This document shows positions 41,901 through 56,900 of a stretch of DNA of 64,000 bases, piece after piece. Origin of the DNA: Torpedo marmorata (taxonomy: Eukaryota); the NCBI GenBank assembly GCA_977017645.1, contig OZ360230.1:32736001-32800000 (forward strand), given 5' to 3'. A program made the position numbers and the translations under genes. Every line of letters begins with the position of its first letter. The first letter of the stretch is position 1. Under the pieces are notes generated by a model, which did no database searches, was not told the DNA's origin, and was given only the letters and a program-made list of their open reading frames with translations.

Positions 41901-44900
41901 TTCTGGCTCTAACATCCTTTTCAAACACATTCAACTCATGTAAAATCCAGATAATTTTGAAATCTAACAAATAATTCATCAATGGACAACCAACAAATAA
42001 ATATCGATGCCAATTCTACAACTTTTACCATTAACTATTCATTGATATTTCATGGAGGTTCCCTTCAAGATAAACATGCAGTTCCATGACATCAGTTGCC
42101 AACTACGTTATTGCATTCTGAAATACTTGGCATCAGAAAGGAAATGAAAGTAATTTGAATAGAGATCTGACTTCCAGGATCGTTGAAACTAAGTCTAGAA
42201 CATAGAAGCTAGAACATAGAACAATTCAGCACAGTACAGGCCCTTCGGCCTTTGATGTTGTGTCGACCCACATGTTCCTTCCCAAAAAAAAGTACTAAAC
42301 CCTCCGTACCCTATAACCCTCTATTTCTCTTTCATCCATGTGTCTGTCTAAGTGTCTTTTAAATTCCCCCAATGTTTCAGCCTCCACCACCACCCACGGC
42401 AAGGCATTCCAGGCACCCACAACTCTCTGTGTAAACAACCTACCCCTGATGTCTCCCCTAAACGTCCCTCCATTAACTTTGTACATATGTCCTCTGGTGT
42501 TTGCAGATCCTGCCCTGGGAAACAGGTGCTGGCTGTCCACCCTATCTATGCCTCTCATAATCTTGTAGACCTCCATCAAGTCTCCTCTCATCCTTCTGCA
42601 CTTCAAAGAGAAAGGTCCCAGCTCTGCTAACCTTGCCTCAACAGACTTGTTTCCCAATCCAGCCAAAATCCTGGTAAATTTCCGCTGCACCCTCTCCACA
42701 GCTTCCACATATTTCCTATAATCAGGTGACCAGAACTGAACACAATACTTACCAAAGATTTGTGGAGTTGTAACATGACCTCTCTACTCCTGAATTCAAT
42801 CCCCCTAATAGTGAATCCCAGCGTCACATATGCCTTTTAAAATATCCTGTCAACCTGTGCGGCGACCTTGAGGGACGTATGTATTTGTACCGCATGGTCC
42901 AAGTGTTCATCCACACTCTTTAATATCCGACCATTAACCCTGTACTCAGCCTTCTGGTTTGTCCTTCCAAAATGCATCACCTCACACCTATCCGGATTGA
43001 AATACATCTGCCACTTTTCTACCCAACTCTGCATCCTGTCAAAATCCTCTTGTAAACTTCGACAACCTTCAGCTCCATCTACAACTCCTCCAACCTTTGT
43101 GTCATCCGCAAACTTATTGACCCATCCTTCCGCCTCTTCATCCAGGTCATTTATAAAAATCACAGAGCAGGGGTCCCAGAACAGATCTAATAGCAGCTTT
43201 CCATGCCTCTATGTATTTTAACAATCATTTTCACATATTTCAAGGAACTACATCTGTGACAACAGAACCAAGCACCTCCACCGAGCAAATTACATCTTTG
43301 ACCACTTCTACAACAGAGTCAACATCATTTGTCACAGGTAACATCAATATTAACCTGCTACTCCAATTGTTGGCATGGAATACATTTTAAGAGTAAAAAT
43401 ATTGTCTCGTTCACGTAATCTCTTGTGGAGCGATGCAAGGCGAGAGACCTGACGGTCATCAGAAAGGATCATCGAGTCAGGCTCATGCCCCGATGAAATG
43501 ACAGTTGCATCCAAGTTTTGATTGAAGGAAATTACTGGCAAAAATTAATCCTCAAGCGTCAGTTTGTAAAATCAGTGTTTAATAAATACATATTTCAACT
43601 TCAAAACCAAAAGTTGATTGAAATGATCATGCAGATTTCTTCGCATTCACTTCAACCTGTTGCCATTTTTTGCTGAGGCAAAATGGGTAAGCTTTTGGTG
43701 CATATTACTAAGAACAAATTTCACCCAACGCTCGACGCTGACAGTTATCAACCTCATGTTGATCCTGACTCTAATTTGTCAGGATGTAACATATAATGTT
43801 CAATACTGGCTTTGAATTTATTTTCCTTAATTTCATGCTTACCTCTGTAATTTACCAGCATTATCATATAATAAGAAATTTTATTGTATCCAGATAATTG
43901 TTACCTTTAACATCAACGCATGCCTGAATTTATTTTCAGTCTCAGAAACAAGCACGTCCACCACTGCCCCTTCTACCACTCCAGGCACAAGTAGCGAGAC
44001 AACAGGTACAATCATGCACCATATACGTATCCACCGTTCGGTCTTCTCTCCCAGTCAATATTTCCTCTTGATGCAAATTAAAAACAGTAGCAATGCCTGA
44101 TGTTTAAAGCTGAAAAGATTCTTCATCATGACTAAACACAGTTCCATTCAGTGATTCAATGAAAAATTGCACAGATAATGCATATTTGCAACAGCAGATT
44201 TAAGAAAAATAATCTGATGCCCAGCAAGATGAAAATCTAACTGTAAATTTGTCTTGTGTCTCTACATAAACTAACGTAATGATTCGACAACAATACCTTT
44301 GCCATGTCTGTGACGAATTCAAATGTCAAAAGGGGCTTCACATAAAGCACTAAACATCAGACTGCAGTGATTGGTGCCAGATACACAATCATTTACACGC
44401 TCTATTTTTTATTTTCAAAATCCTTGCAGTCAGCTAAAGTAATGTTGCCATTAAAATCTATTCAATGGTTTATCAAGGACTGACGCACAAGTAGGTAACA
44501 GTGAAAAGTTCACAATTTTGCCCAACTATTCACTCATCACTTGCTGTGACATGGAACCTTCCTCACTTCGAAAATAATCAACAGTCACCAGGTATCCCTT
44601 GCTACATTGCTATTACACTAACTATTTGTCATAAGAAAGGAAATAAAATTAATTCACTGTTACATCGTCTGTTTAAACCATGTATTAGAGCAGCTTGAAC
44701 ATACTCTGATGTATTTTAACTAAATGTAATGTGTATCTATTTAAAGGAACTCTATCTACAACGACAGAAGGAAGTACCTCGTCAGTGGAAAGTACAACTT
44801 TCAGCTCTTCAACAACAGAGCCAACATCAACGTCAACAGGTAACATCAATGGGCACCGAGGCTTTGTATGTTGGCAGGGATGAGAAATAAATTGTAAAAA

Positions 44901-47900
44901 TATACCTCCAATCAAATATGTGCTTGTTGTATTGTCCAAGGCTGCATGTCATCAGAAAGGTTAAACTGTTCAAAGTCATACCCGTATGGAAATTCTGTGG
45001 TGTGAAATGTTCTGATCAATATAAATTATGTACATATTAATGAACAGGGGGGCATAGGTTGCATCCCTGCGTGATGAATTCCATGTTAAGTCGTATACTT
45101 CAGAGCAGTTACTTCAACAGGATGGAATGAATTGAGGGATTAACGATAAACATTCATTGTACAAGTACGAGAAAATATTCCAATCAATCTTAAAAACTAG
45201 CAATCATCTGAATGTTGGCTCGTATTTGACAGGATGTCACACTTTATTTTCAATTATTGGTAACCATTTCTTCTTCTCAGTTTCATTTCCCCTTCAAAAA
45301 TGTAAGTGCTCTGTTGTATAATAAGCTGTTTCATTACATCCAGAGAGTCAACTTGACTTTAACATCAGCACGTTTTGTCTTCATTTTCAGTATCAGAACA
45401 AAGCACGACCACCTTGGCTACTTCAACCACCTCTGCTACAAGCAGTGAAACAACAGGTAGATTTATACATCAAAAGTATCAATACAATACATTCCAGATA
45501 TGACAGTGGCTTTTTAGAGGCTTCCAGATAGAAGCGTGAATATACGGGGAAAAACGGGCTGAGTAACATTAAAAGCACGAGAAATTTTGGAAATTTTGGC
45601 ATCAGGTAAATCGTTGACATAATGAGACCTTGGGCCGATTCCGGTGCAGTTCTGTTCTATTGTCCAGGTTCCCCACAGTCATGTATTCTCTCAATTCAAA
45701 TGATGATTGGAGATGCTTGATAAATTTCTCTTCAGATTTCTGAACTGCTGAAGAAAATCATGTTCACTTTATAGTTCCACTTCCATGCACTGAATCAGTG
45801 AACTATTCCTTAGATATGGCATATTTGAGAAAAAAAATTCTTAAAAATAACCATTGGTCTTGCAAGACGAGAACACGTGTGAATTTGCGTTTTTTATGCC
45901 TCCACATTATAAAATCTAACTATTAAAATAAAAATGGCTTTGCCGTCACTGTAAAGCGTTCAAATAACAAAATTGCCCAGCTCACTTAAATAACCAAGCA
46001 GAATTCAACCTAATCAAATGAATATTAAGCTGTAGTCACTGCTGTCATATATGCATTCACTTTCTGGCTCTAACAACCTTTTCAAACACATTCAACTCAT
46101 GTAAAATCCAGATAATTTTGAAATCTAACAAATAATTCATCAATGGACAACCAACAAATAAATATCGATGCCAATTCTACAACTTTTACCATTAACTATT
46201 CATTGATATTTCATGGAGGTTCCCTTCAAGATAAACATGCAGTTCCATGACATCAGTTGCCAACTACGTTATTGCATTCTGAAATACTTGGCATCAGAAA
46301 GGAAAGGAAAGTAATTTGAATAGAGATCTGACTTCCAGGATTGTTGAATCTCTGTCTAGAACATAGAAGCTAGAACATAGAACAATTCAGCACAGTACAG
46401 GCCATTCGGCCCTTGATGTTGTGCCGACCCAAATATTCCTTACTAAAAAAAATATACTAAACCCTCCCTACCCTATAACCCTCTATATCTCTTTCATCCA
46501 TGTGTCTGTCCAAGTGTCTTTTAAATTCCCCCAATGTTTCAACATCCACCACCATCCCTGGCAATGCATTCCAGGCACCCACAACTCTCTGTGTAAAAAA
46601 CCTACCCCTGATGTCTCCCCTAAACTTCCCTCCATTAACTTTGTACATATGTCCTCTGGTGTTTGCAGATCCTGATCTGGGAAACAGGTGCTGGCTGTCC
46701 ACCCTATCTATGCCTCTCATAATCTTGTAGACCTCCATCAAGTCTCCTCTCATCCTTCTGCACTCCAAAGAGAAAGGTCCCAGCTCTGCTAACCTTGCCT
46801 CAACAGACTTGTTTCCCAATCCAGCCAACATCCTGGTAAATTTCCGCTGCACCCTCTCCATAGCTTCCACATATTTCCTATAAATAGGTGACCAGAACTG
46901 AACACAATACTTACCAAAGATTTGTGGAGTTGCAACATGACCTCTCTCCTCCTGAATTCAATCCCCCTAATAATGAATACCAGCATCACATATGCCTTTT
47001 TAAATATCCTGTCAACCTGTGCGGCGACCTTGAGGGATGTATGGATTTGTACCGCATGGTCCAAAAGTTCATCCACACTCTTAAATATCCAACCATTAAC
47101 CCTGTACTCAGCATTCTACTTTGTCCTTCCAAAATGCATCACTTCACACTTATCCGGATTGAAATCCATCTGCCACTTTTCTGCCGAACTCTGCATCCTG
47201 TCAAAATCCTCTTGTAAACTTCGACAACCTTCAGCTCCATCTACAACTCCTCCAACCTTCGTGTCATCCGCAAACTTACTGACCCATCCTTCCCCCTCTT
47301 CATCCAGGTCATTTATAAAAATCACAAAGAGCAGGGGTCCCAGAACAGATCTAATAGCAGTTTTCCATGCCTCTATGTATTTTAACAATCATTTTCACAT
47401 ATTTCAAGGAACTACATCTGTGACAACAGAACCAAGCACCTCCACCGAGCAAATTAAATCTTTGACCACTTCTACAACAGAGTCAACATCATTTGTCACA
47501 GGTAACATCAATAATAACCTGCTACTCCAATTGTTGGCATGGAATACATTGTAAGAGTAAAAATATTGTCTCGTTCACGTAATCTCTTGTGGAGCTATGC
47601 AAGGCGAGAGACCTGACTGTCATCAGAAAGGATCATCAAGTCAGGCTTATGCCCCGATGAACTGACAGTTGCATCCAAGTTTTGATTGAAGGAAATTACT
47701 GGCAAAAATTAATCCTCAAGTGTCAGTTTGGAAAATCAGTGTTTAATAAATACATTTTTCAACTTCAAAAACCAAAAGTTGATTGAAATGATCATGCAGA
47801 TTTCTTCGCATTCACTTCAACCTGTTGCCATTTTTGCTGAGGCAAAATGGGTAAGCTTTTGGTGCATATAACTAAGAACAAATTTCAACCATTGCTCGAG

Positions 47901-50900
47901 GCTGACAGTTATCAACCTCATGTTGATCCTGACTCTAATTTGTCAGGATGTAACATATAATGTTCAATACAGGCTTAGAATTTATTTTCCTTAATTTCAT
48001 GCTTACCTCTGTAATTTAACTGCATTATCATATATTAAGCAATTTTATTGTATCCAGATAATTGTTGCCTTTAACATCAACGCATGCCTGAATTTATTTT
48101 CAGTCTCAGAAACAATCACGGCCACCACTGCCCCTTCTACCACTCCAGGCACAAGCAGCGAGACAACAGGTACAATCATGCACCATATACGTATCGACCG
48201 TTCGGTCTTCTCTCCCAGTCAATATTTCCTCTTGATGCAAATTAAAAACAGTAGGGATGCCTGATGTTTAAAGCTGAACAGATTCTTCATCATGGCTAAA
48301 CACAGTTCCATTCTGTGATTCAATGAAAAGTTGCACAGATAAAGCATATTTGCGACAGCAGATTTAAGAAAAATAATCAGATGCCCAGTAAGATGAAAAT
48401 CTAACTGTAAATTTGTCTTGTCGTGTCTCTACATAAACTAACGTAATGATTCGAGAACAATACCTTTGCCATGTCTGTGACGAATTCAAATGTCAAAAGG
48501 GGCTTCACATCAAGCACTAAACATCAGACTGCAGTGATTGGTGCCAAATACACAATAATTTACACGCTCTATTTTTTATTTTCAAAATCCTTGCAGTCAG
48601 CTAAAGTAATGTTGCCATTAAAATCTATTCAATGGTTTATTAAGGACTGACGCACAAGTAGGTAATGGTGAAAAGTTCACAATTTTGCCCAACTATTCAC
48701 TCATCACTTGCTGTGACATGGAACCTTCTTCACTTCGAAAATAATCAACAGTCACAAGGTATCCCTTGCAACATTGCTATTACACAAGCTATTTGTCATA
48801 AGAAAGGAAATAAAATTAATTCACTGTTACATCGTCTGTTTAAACCATGTATTAGAGCAGCTTGAACATACTCTGATGTATTTTAACTAAATTCAATGTG
48901 TATCAATTTAAAGCAACTCTATCTACAACGACAGAAGGAAGTACCTCATCAGTGGAAAATACATCTTTCAGCTCTTCAACAACAGAGCCAACATCAACGT
49001 CAACAGGTAACATCAATGGGCACCGAGGCTTTGTATGTTGGCAGGGATGAGTAACAAATTGTAAAAATATACCTCCAACCAAATATGTGCTTGGTGTATT
49101 GTCCAAGGCTGCATGTCATCAGAAGGTTAAACTGTTCAAAGTCATTCCCGTATGGAAATTCTGTGGTGTGAAATGTTCTGATCAATATAAATTATGTACA
49201 TATTAATGCTCAGGGGGGCATAGGTTGCATCCCTGCGTGATGAATTCCATGTTAAGTCGTATACTTCAGAGCAGTCACTTCAACAGGATGGAATGAATTG
49301 TAGGATTAATGATAAACATTCATTGTACAAGTACGAGAAAATATTCCAATCAATCTTAAAAACGAGCAATTATCTGAATGGTGACTCGTATTTGACAGGA
49401 TGTCACACTTTATTTTCAATTATTGGTAACCATTTCTTCTTCTCAGTTTCATTTCCCCTTCAAAAATGTAAGTGCTCTGTTGTATAATAAGCTGTTTCAT
49501 TACATCCAGAGAGTCAACTTGACTTTAAAATCAGCACGTTTTGTCTTCATTTTCAGTATCAGAACAAAGCACGACCACCCTGGCTCCTTCAACTACCTCG
49601 GCAACAAGTAGTGAAACAACAGGTAGATTTATACATCAAAAGTATCAATACAATACATTGTAGATATGACAGTGGCTTTTTAGGGGCTTCCAGATAGACG
49701 CGTGAATATACGGAGAAAAACAGGTTAAGTAACAATGAAAGCAGGAGAGATTTTGTAAATTTCGGCATCAGGTAAATTGCTGACATAATGAGACCTTGGG
49801 CCGATTCCGGTGCAGTTCTGTTCTATTGTCCAGGTTCCCCACAGTCATGTATTCTCTCAATTCAAGTGATGATTGGAGATGCTTGATAAATTTCTCTTCA
49901 GATTTCTGAACTGCTGAAGAAAATAATTTTCAGTTTATAGTTCCATGCACTGAATCAGTGAACTATTGCGTAGATATGGCATATTTGAGAAAAAAAATAC
50001 TTAAAAATAACCATTGGTCTTGCAAGACGAGAACACGTGTGAATTTGCATTTTTTATGCCTCCATATTATAAAATCTAACTATTAAAATAAAAATGGCTT
50101 TGCCGTCACTGTAAAGCGTTCAAATAACAAAATTGCCCAGCTCACTTAAATAACCAAGCAGAATTCAACCTAATCAAATGAATATTAAGCTGTAGTCACT
50201 GCTGTCATATATGCATTCACTTTCTGGCTCTAACATCCTTTTCAAACACATTCAACTCATGTAAAATCCAGATAATTTTGAAATCTAACAAATAATTCAT
50301 CAATGGACAACCAACAAATAAATATCGATGCCAATTCTACAACTTTTACCATTAACTATTCATTGATATTTCATGGAGGTTCCATTCAAGATAAACATGC
50401 AGTTCCATGACATCAGTTGCCAACTACGTTATTGCATTCTGAAATACTTGGCATCAGAAAGGAAATGAAAGTAATTTGAATAGAGATCTGACTTCCAGGA
50501 TCGTTGAATCTAAGTCTAGAACATAGAAGCTAGAACATAGAACAATTCAGCACAGTACAGGCCCTTCGGCCTTTGATGTTGTGCCGACCCACATGTTCCT
50601 TCCTAAAAAAAAGTACTAAACCCTCCCTACCCTATAACCCTCTATTTCTCTTTCATCCATGTGTCTGTCAAAGTGTCTTTTAAATTCCCCCAATGTTTCA
50701 ACATCCACCACCATCCCCGGCAATGCATTCCAGGCACCCACAACTCTCTGTGTAAAAAACCTACCCCTGATGTCGCCCCTAAACTTCCCTCCATTAACTT
50801 TGTACATATGTCCTCTGGTGTTTGCAGATCCTGCCCTGGGAAACAGGTGCTGGCTGTCCACCCTATCTATGCCTCTCATAATCTTGTAGACCTCCATCAA

Positions 50901-53900
50901 GTCTCCTCTCATCCTTCTGCACTTCAAAGAGAAAGGTCCCAGCTCTGCTAACCTTGCCTCAACAAAGACTTGTTTCCCAATCCAGCCAACATCCTGGTAA
51001 ATTTCCGCTGCACCCTCTCCACAGCTTCCACATATTTCCTATAATCAGGTGACCAGAACTTAACTCAATACTTACCAAAGATTTGTGGAGTTGTAACATG
51101 AACTCTCTACTCCTGAATTCAATCCCCCTAATAGTGAATCCCAGCATCACATATGCCTTTTTAAATATTCTGTCAACCTCTGCGGCGACCTTGAGGGATG
51201 TATGTATTTGTACCGCATGGTGCAAGTGTTCATCCACACTCTTTAATATCCGACCATTAACCCTGTACTCAGCCTTCTGGTTTGTCCTTCCAAAATGCAT
51301 CACCTCACACTTATCCGGATTGAAATCCATCTGCCACTTTTCTGCCCAACTCTGCATCCTGTCAAAATCCTCTTGAAAATTTCAACAACCTTCAGCTCCA
51401 TCTACAACTCCTCCAACCTTCGTGTCATCCGCAAACTTATTGACCCATCCTTCCGCCTCTTCATCCAGGTCATTTATAAAAATCACAAAGAGCAGGGGTC
51501 CCAGAATAGATCTAATAGCAGCTTTCCATGCCCCTATGTATTTTAACAATCATTTTCACATATTTCAAGGATCTACATCTGTGACAACAGAACCAAGCAC
51601 CTCCACCGAGCAAATTACATCTTTGACAACTTCTACAACAGAGTCAACATCATTTGTCACAGGTAACATCAATCATAACCTGCTACTCCAATTGTTGGCA
51701 TGGAATACATTGTAAGAGTTAAAATATTGTCTTGTTCACGTAATCTCTTGTGGAGCTATGCAAGGCGAGAGACCTGACTGTCATCAGAAAGGATCATCGA
51801 GTCAGGCTCATGCCCCGATGAAATGACAGTTGCATCCAAGTTTTGATTGAAGGAAATTACTGGCAAAAATTAATCCTCAAGTGTCAGTTTGGAAAATCAG
51901 TGTTTAATAAATACATTTTTCAACTTCAAAAACCAAAAGTTGATTGAAATGATCATGCAGATTTCTTCGCATTCACTTCAACCTGTTGCCATTTTTTGCT
52001 GAGGCAAAATGGGTAAGCTTTTGGTGCATATTACTAAGAACAAATTTCAACCAACGCTCGACGCTGACAGTTATCAACCTCATGTTGATCCTGACTCTAC
52101 TTTGTCAGGATGTAACATATAATGTTCAATACTGGCTTAGAATTTATTTTCCTTAATTTCATGCTTACCTCTGTAATTTAACTGCATTATCATATAATAA
52201 GAAATTTTATTGTATCCAGATAATTGTTGCCTTTAACATCAACGCATGCCTGAATTTATTTTCAGTCTCAGAAACAAGCACGGCCACCACTGCCCCTTCT
52301 ACCACTCCAGGCACAAGCAGCGAGACAACAGGTACAATCATGCACCATATACGTATCCACCGTTCGGTCTTCTCTACCAGTCAATATTTCCTCTTGATGC
52401 AAATGAAAAACTGTAGCAATGCCTGATGTTTAAAGCTGAAAAGATTCTTCATCATGGCTAAACACAGTTCCATTCTGTGATTCAATGAAAAATTGCACAG
52501 ATAAAGCATATTTTCAACAGCAGATTTAAGAAAAATAATCAGATGCCCAGCAAGATGAAAATCTAACTATAAATTTGTCTTGTCGTGTCTCTACATAAAC
52601 TAACGTAATGATTCGACAACAATACCTTTGCCATGTCTGTGACGAATTCAAATGTCAAAAGGGGCTTCACATCAAGCACTAAACATCAGACTGCAGTGAT
52701 TGGTGCCAAATACACAATCATTTACACGCTCTATTTTTTATTTTCAAAATCCTTGCAGTCAGCTAAAGTAATGTTGCCATTAAAATCTATTCAATGGTTT
52801 ATCAAGGACTGACGCACAAGTAGGTAACTGTGAAAAGTTCACAATTTTGCCCAACTATTCACTCATCACTTGCTGTGACATGGAACCTTCTTCACTTCGA
52901 AAATAATCAACAGTCACAAGGTATCCCTTGCAACATTGTTATTACACAAGCTATTTGTCATAAGAAAGGAAATAAAATTAATTCACTGTTACATCGTCTG
53001 TTTAAACCATGTATTAGAGCAGCTTGAAGATACTCTGTTGTATTTTAACTAAATTCAATGTGTATCAATTTAAAGCAACTCTATCTACAACGACAGTAGG
53101 AAGTACCTCGTCAGTGGAAAGTACAACTTTCAGCTCTTCAACAACAGAGCCAATATCAACGTCAACAGGTAAAATCAATGGGCACCGAGGCTTTGTACGT
53201 TGGTAGGGATGAGTTACAAATTGTAAAAATATACCACCAATCAAATATGTGCTTGGTGTATTGTCCAAGGCTGCATGTCATCAGAAAAGTTAAACTGTTC
53301 AAAGTCATTCCCGTATGGAAATTCTGTGGTGTGAAATGTTCTGATCAATATAAATTATGTACATATTAATGCTCAGGGGGGCATAGGTTGCATCCCTGCG
53401 TGATGAATTCCATGTTAAGTCGTATACTTCAGAGCAGTTACTTCAACAGGATGGAATGAATTGAGGGATTAACGATAAACATTCATTGTACAAGTACGAG
53501 AAAATATTCCAATCAATCTTAAAAACTAGCAATCATCTGAATGGTGACTCGTATTTGACAGGATGTCACACTTTATTTTCAATTATTGGTATCCATTTCT
53601 TCTGCTCAGTATCATTTCCCCTTCAAAAATGTAATGCTCTGTTGTATAATAAGCTGTTTCATTACATCCAGAGAGTCAACTTGACTTTAACATCAGCACG
53701 TTTTGTCTTCATTTTCAGTATCAGAACAAAGCGCGATCACCCTGGCTCCTTCAACTACCTCTGCTACAAGTAGTGAAACAACAGGTAGATTTATACATCA
53801 AAAGTATCAATGCAATACATTGCAGATATGACAGTGGTTTTTAAGGGGCTTCCAGATAGACGCGTGAATATACGGGGAAAAACGGGTTAAGTAACAATGA

Positions 53901-56900
53901 AAACACGAGAGAATTTGTAAATTTAGGCATCAGGTAAATTGCTGACATAATGAGACCTTGGGCCGATTCCGGTGCAGTTCTGTTCTATTGTCCAGGTTCC
54001 CCACAGTCATGTATTCTCTCAATTCAAGTGATGATTGGAGATGCTTGATAAATTTCTCTTCAGATTTCTGAACTGCTGAAGAAAATCATTTTCACTTTAT
54101 AGTTCCATGCAATGAATCAGTGAACTATTCCGTAGATATGGCATATTTGAGAAAAAAAAATTCTTAAAAATAACCATTGGTCTTGCAAGACGAGACCACG
54201 TGTGAATTTGCATTTTTTATGCCTCCACATTATAAAATCTAACTATTAAAATAAAAATGGCTTTGCCGTCACAGTAAAGCGTTCAAATAACAAAATTGCC
54301 CAGCTCACTCAAATAACCAAGCAGAATTTCAACCTAATCAAATGAATATTAAGCTGTAGTCACTGCTGTCATATATGCATTCACTTTCTGGCTCTAATAT
54401 CCTTTTCAAACACATTCTACTCTTGTAAGATGCAGATAGTTTTGAAATCTAACAAATAATTCAATAATGGTTAACCAACAAATAAATATCTATGCCAATT
54501 CTACAACTTTTAACTTCAACTATTCGTTGATATTTCATGGAGGTTTCTTCAAGATAAATAATCATGCAGTTCCATGACATCAGTTGCCAACTACGTTATT
54601 GCATTCTGAAATACTTGGCATCAGAAAGGAAATGAAAGTAATTTGAATAGAGATCTGACTTCCAGGATCATTGAAACAATGTCTGCAACATAGAAGCTAG
54701 AACATAGAACAATTCAGCACAGTACAGGCCCTTCGGCCTTTGATGTTGTGCCGACCCACATTTGACAGATTAGAGTGGAATTATTTATTTAAAGTATTGG
54801 AAAAATTTGGTTTTGGAATTACATTTATTAATTGGATTAAAACTATATATAAGGAACCCTCTGCTAGGGTGGTTACAAATGGACAAATTTCTTCAAAGTT
54901 TTTGTTGACTAGGTCGACACGACAAGGATGTCCGTTATCACCCGCATTATTTGTTTTAGCAATTGAACCTTTGGCGGAATTAATTAGACAAGATATTAAG
55001 ATTGCGGGTATTAAAGTTGGAAATGAAGAACATAAGATTAATCTATTTGCAGATGATGTATTGATATATATGACAAAACCTATTACTTCTTTAATACATT
55101 TGGATGTTATATTGAGGGAATATGGGGAGATTTCTGGTTATAAAATCAATTCTGATAAAAGTGAAATTATGGCATTAACACAAGGCGATTATAGTAAATG
55201 GAAAGAAATTACACAATTTAAATGGTCAAACGAAGGAATTAAATATTTAGGTATAAAGATAGATACTAAACTAGCCAACTTATATAAATTAAATTATTTA
55301 CCATTATTTGCGAAAATTAAAAAAGATTTGGAAAGTTGGAAGGATTTATCTATAACTTTATTAGGAAGGGTAAATTGTATTAAAATGAATATCTTTCCAA
55401 TGATTCAATATCTTTTTCAATCAATTCCATATGAAATTCCTCAAAAATCTTTTAAAGATTTAAATTTTATTATTAGGAAGTTTTTGTGGAAAGGTAAATT
55501 GGCTAGAGTAGCTATGGAAAATTTAACTTGGAATTATGAATTGGGTGGATTACAACTGCCTAATTTTCAAAATTATTATAAAGCAGCCCAATTATGGTTT
55601 ATTAATGAATTGTTGGATTTAACAAAAGATTCGGCGTGGATCCGAATAGAATTAAATAATATAGGAGAAGATTTGAAGGAAGAAGTTATTTATAAATGGA
55701 ATTCTAAATTAATATTGATAAGTGGTAAAAATTCTCCTATTTTTAAACATTTATTAGAAATATGGAATAGATTGGATAAAGAGATAGGAGCGAAAGGTTT
55801 AATTTCGCCAAATATGCCTTTATATCAAAATAGACTTATTCCATTTGCTTTTAATAATCAGTTATTTAAAATTTGGTTTCAAAAGGGAATTAAGAATGTA
55901 AATGATTGTTTTGAAGCTGGTAAATTTATTACTTTTCAAAGAATGAAAGATAAATTTAATATATTAAATAATACATATTTTGCCTATTTTCAAATTAAAG
56001 CTTTTTTAGTTGAAAAACTGGGTCATAATTTGGTTTTACCTCGACAAAGTGAATTTGAATTATTAGTTATAAATGGAGGTGTAAATAAATTTATTTCTCA
56101 AATGTATAAATTATTACAGAGGAAAATGCCCAAGGTAGCAATTCATAAATCAAGATTAAAATGGGAATCAGATTTGAATGTAACTATAGAAGAAAAACAT
56201 TGGAAAGAATTATGTAAGTTAAGTATGACTAAAATTATTAATGTCAGATATAGATTAGTGCAATATAATTTTTTTCATCAATTATATTTAACACCTAAAA
56301 AATTAAAGAAGTTTAATCCAGCGTTATCAGATATGTGTTTTAGATGTAATAGGGAAGAAGGTTCTTTTGTACATTCTACTTGGTTTTGTCCAAAGATTCA
56401 GGATTTTTGGTTTAAGGTTAAGGAATTTTTAGATAAAGTATTAAGAAATATACTCCCAATGGATCCGATGATATTTTTATTTGCAGATATTAAAAGAATT
56501 AGTATTATGATGAATTTAAATATGTATCAAATTGAGTTTTTGAGAATTGCTTTAGCTGTTGCTAAGAAATGTATTGCTATCACTTGGAAATCTGATGTAG
56601 ATTTAGGTTTAGAAAGGTGGCATGCAGAACTTCGTTCTTGTATACCACTTGAAAAAATTACTTATAATTTACGTAACAAATATCATTTCTTTTCGAAAAT
56701 ATGGAGCCCATATATAAAAGCGGTCGACTTAAAAATAAAAATTTGAAGATCTCTGAACATTGGATCAGGCTGGTGAACCTAATTTCCACAAAAATTTTAG
56801 TTTATAGTTATTCTTATTGTAGATTGACATTCTCCTTAGTTTATCTTTTTCTTTTCTTTATTTTATTTTATTTTATAGATTAGTACGGGTGGGGGGGTTA

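Noticed and set aside
54740-54760. N-terminus MMLCRPT of the 668-aa ORF as a real fusion protein start
   Set aside because: It derives from flanking CR1 tail sequence that happens to be in frame with the truncated L1; no promoter or splice evidence.
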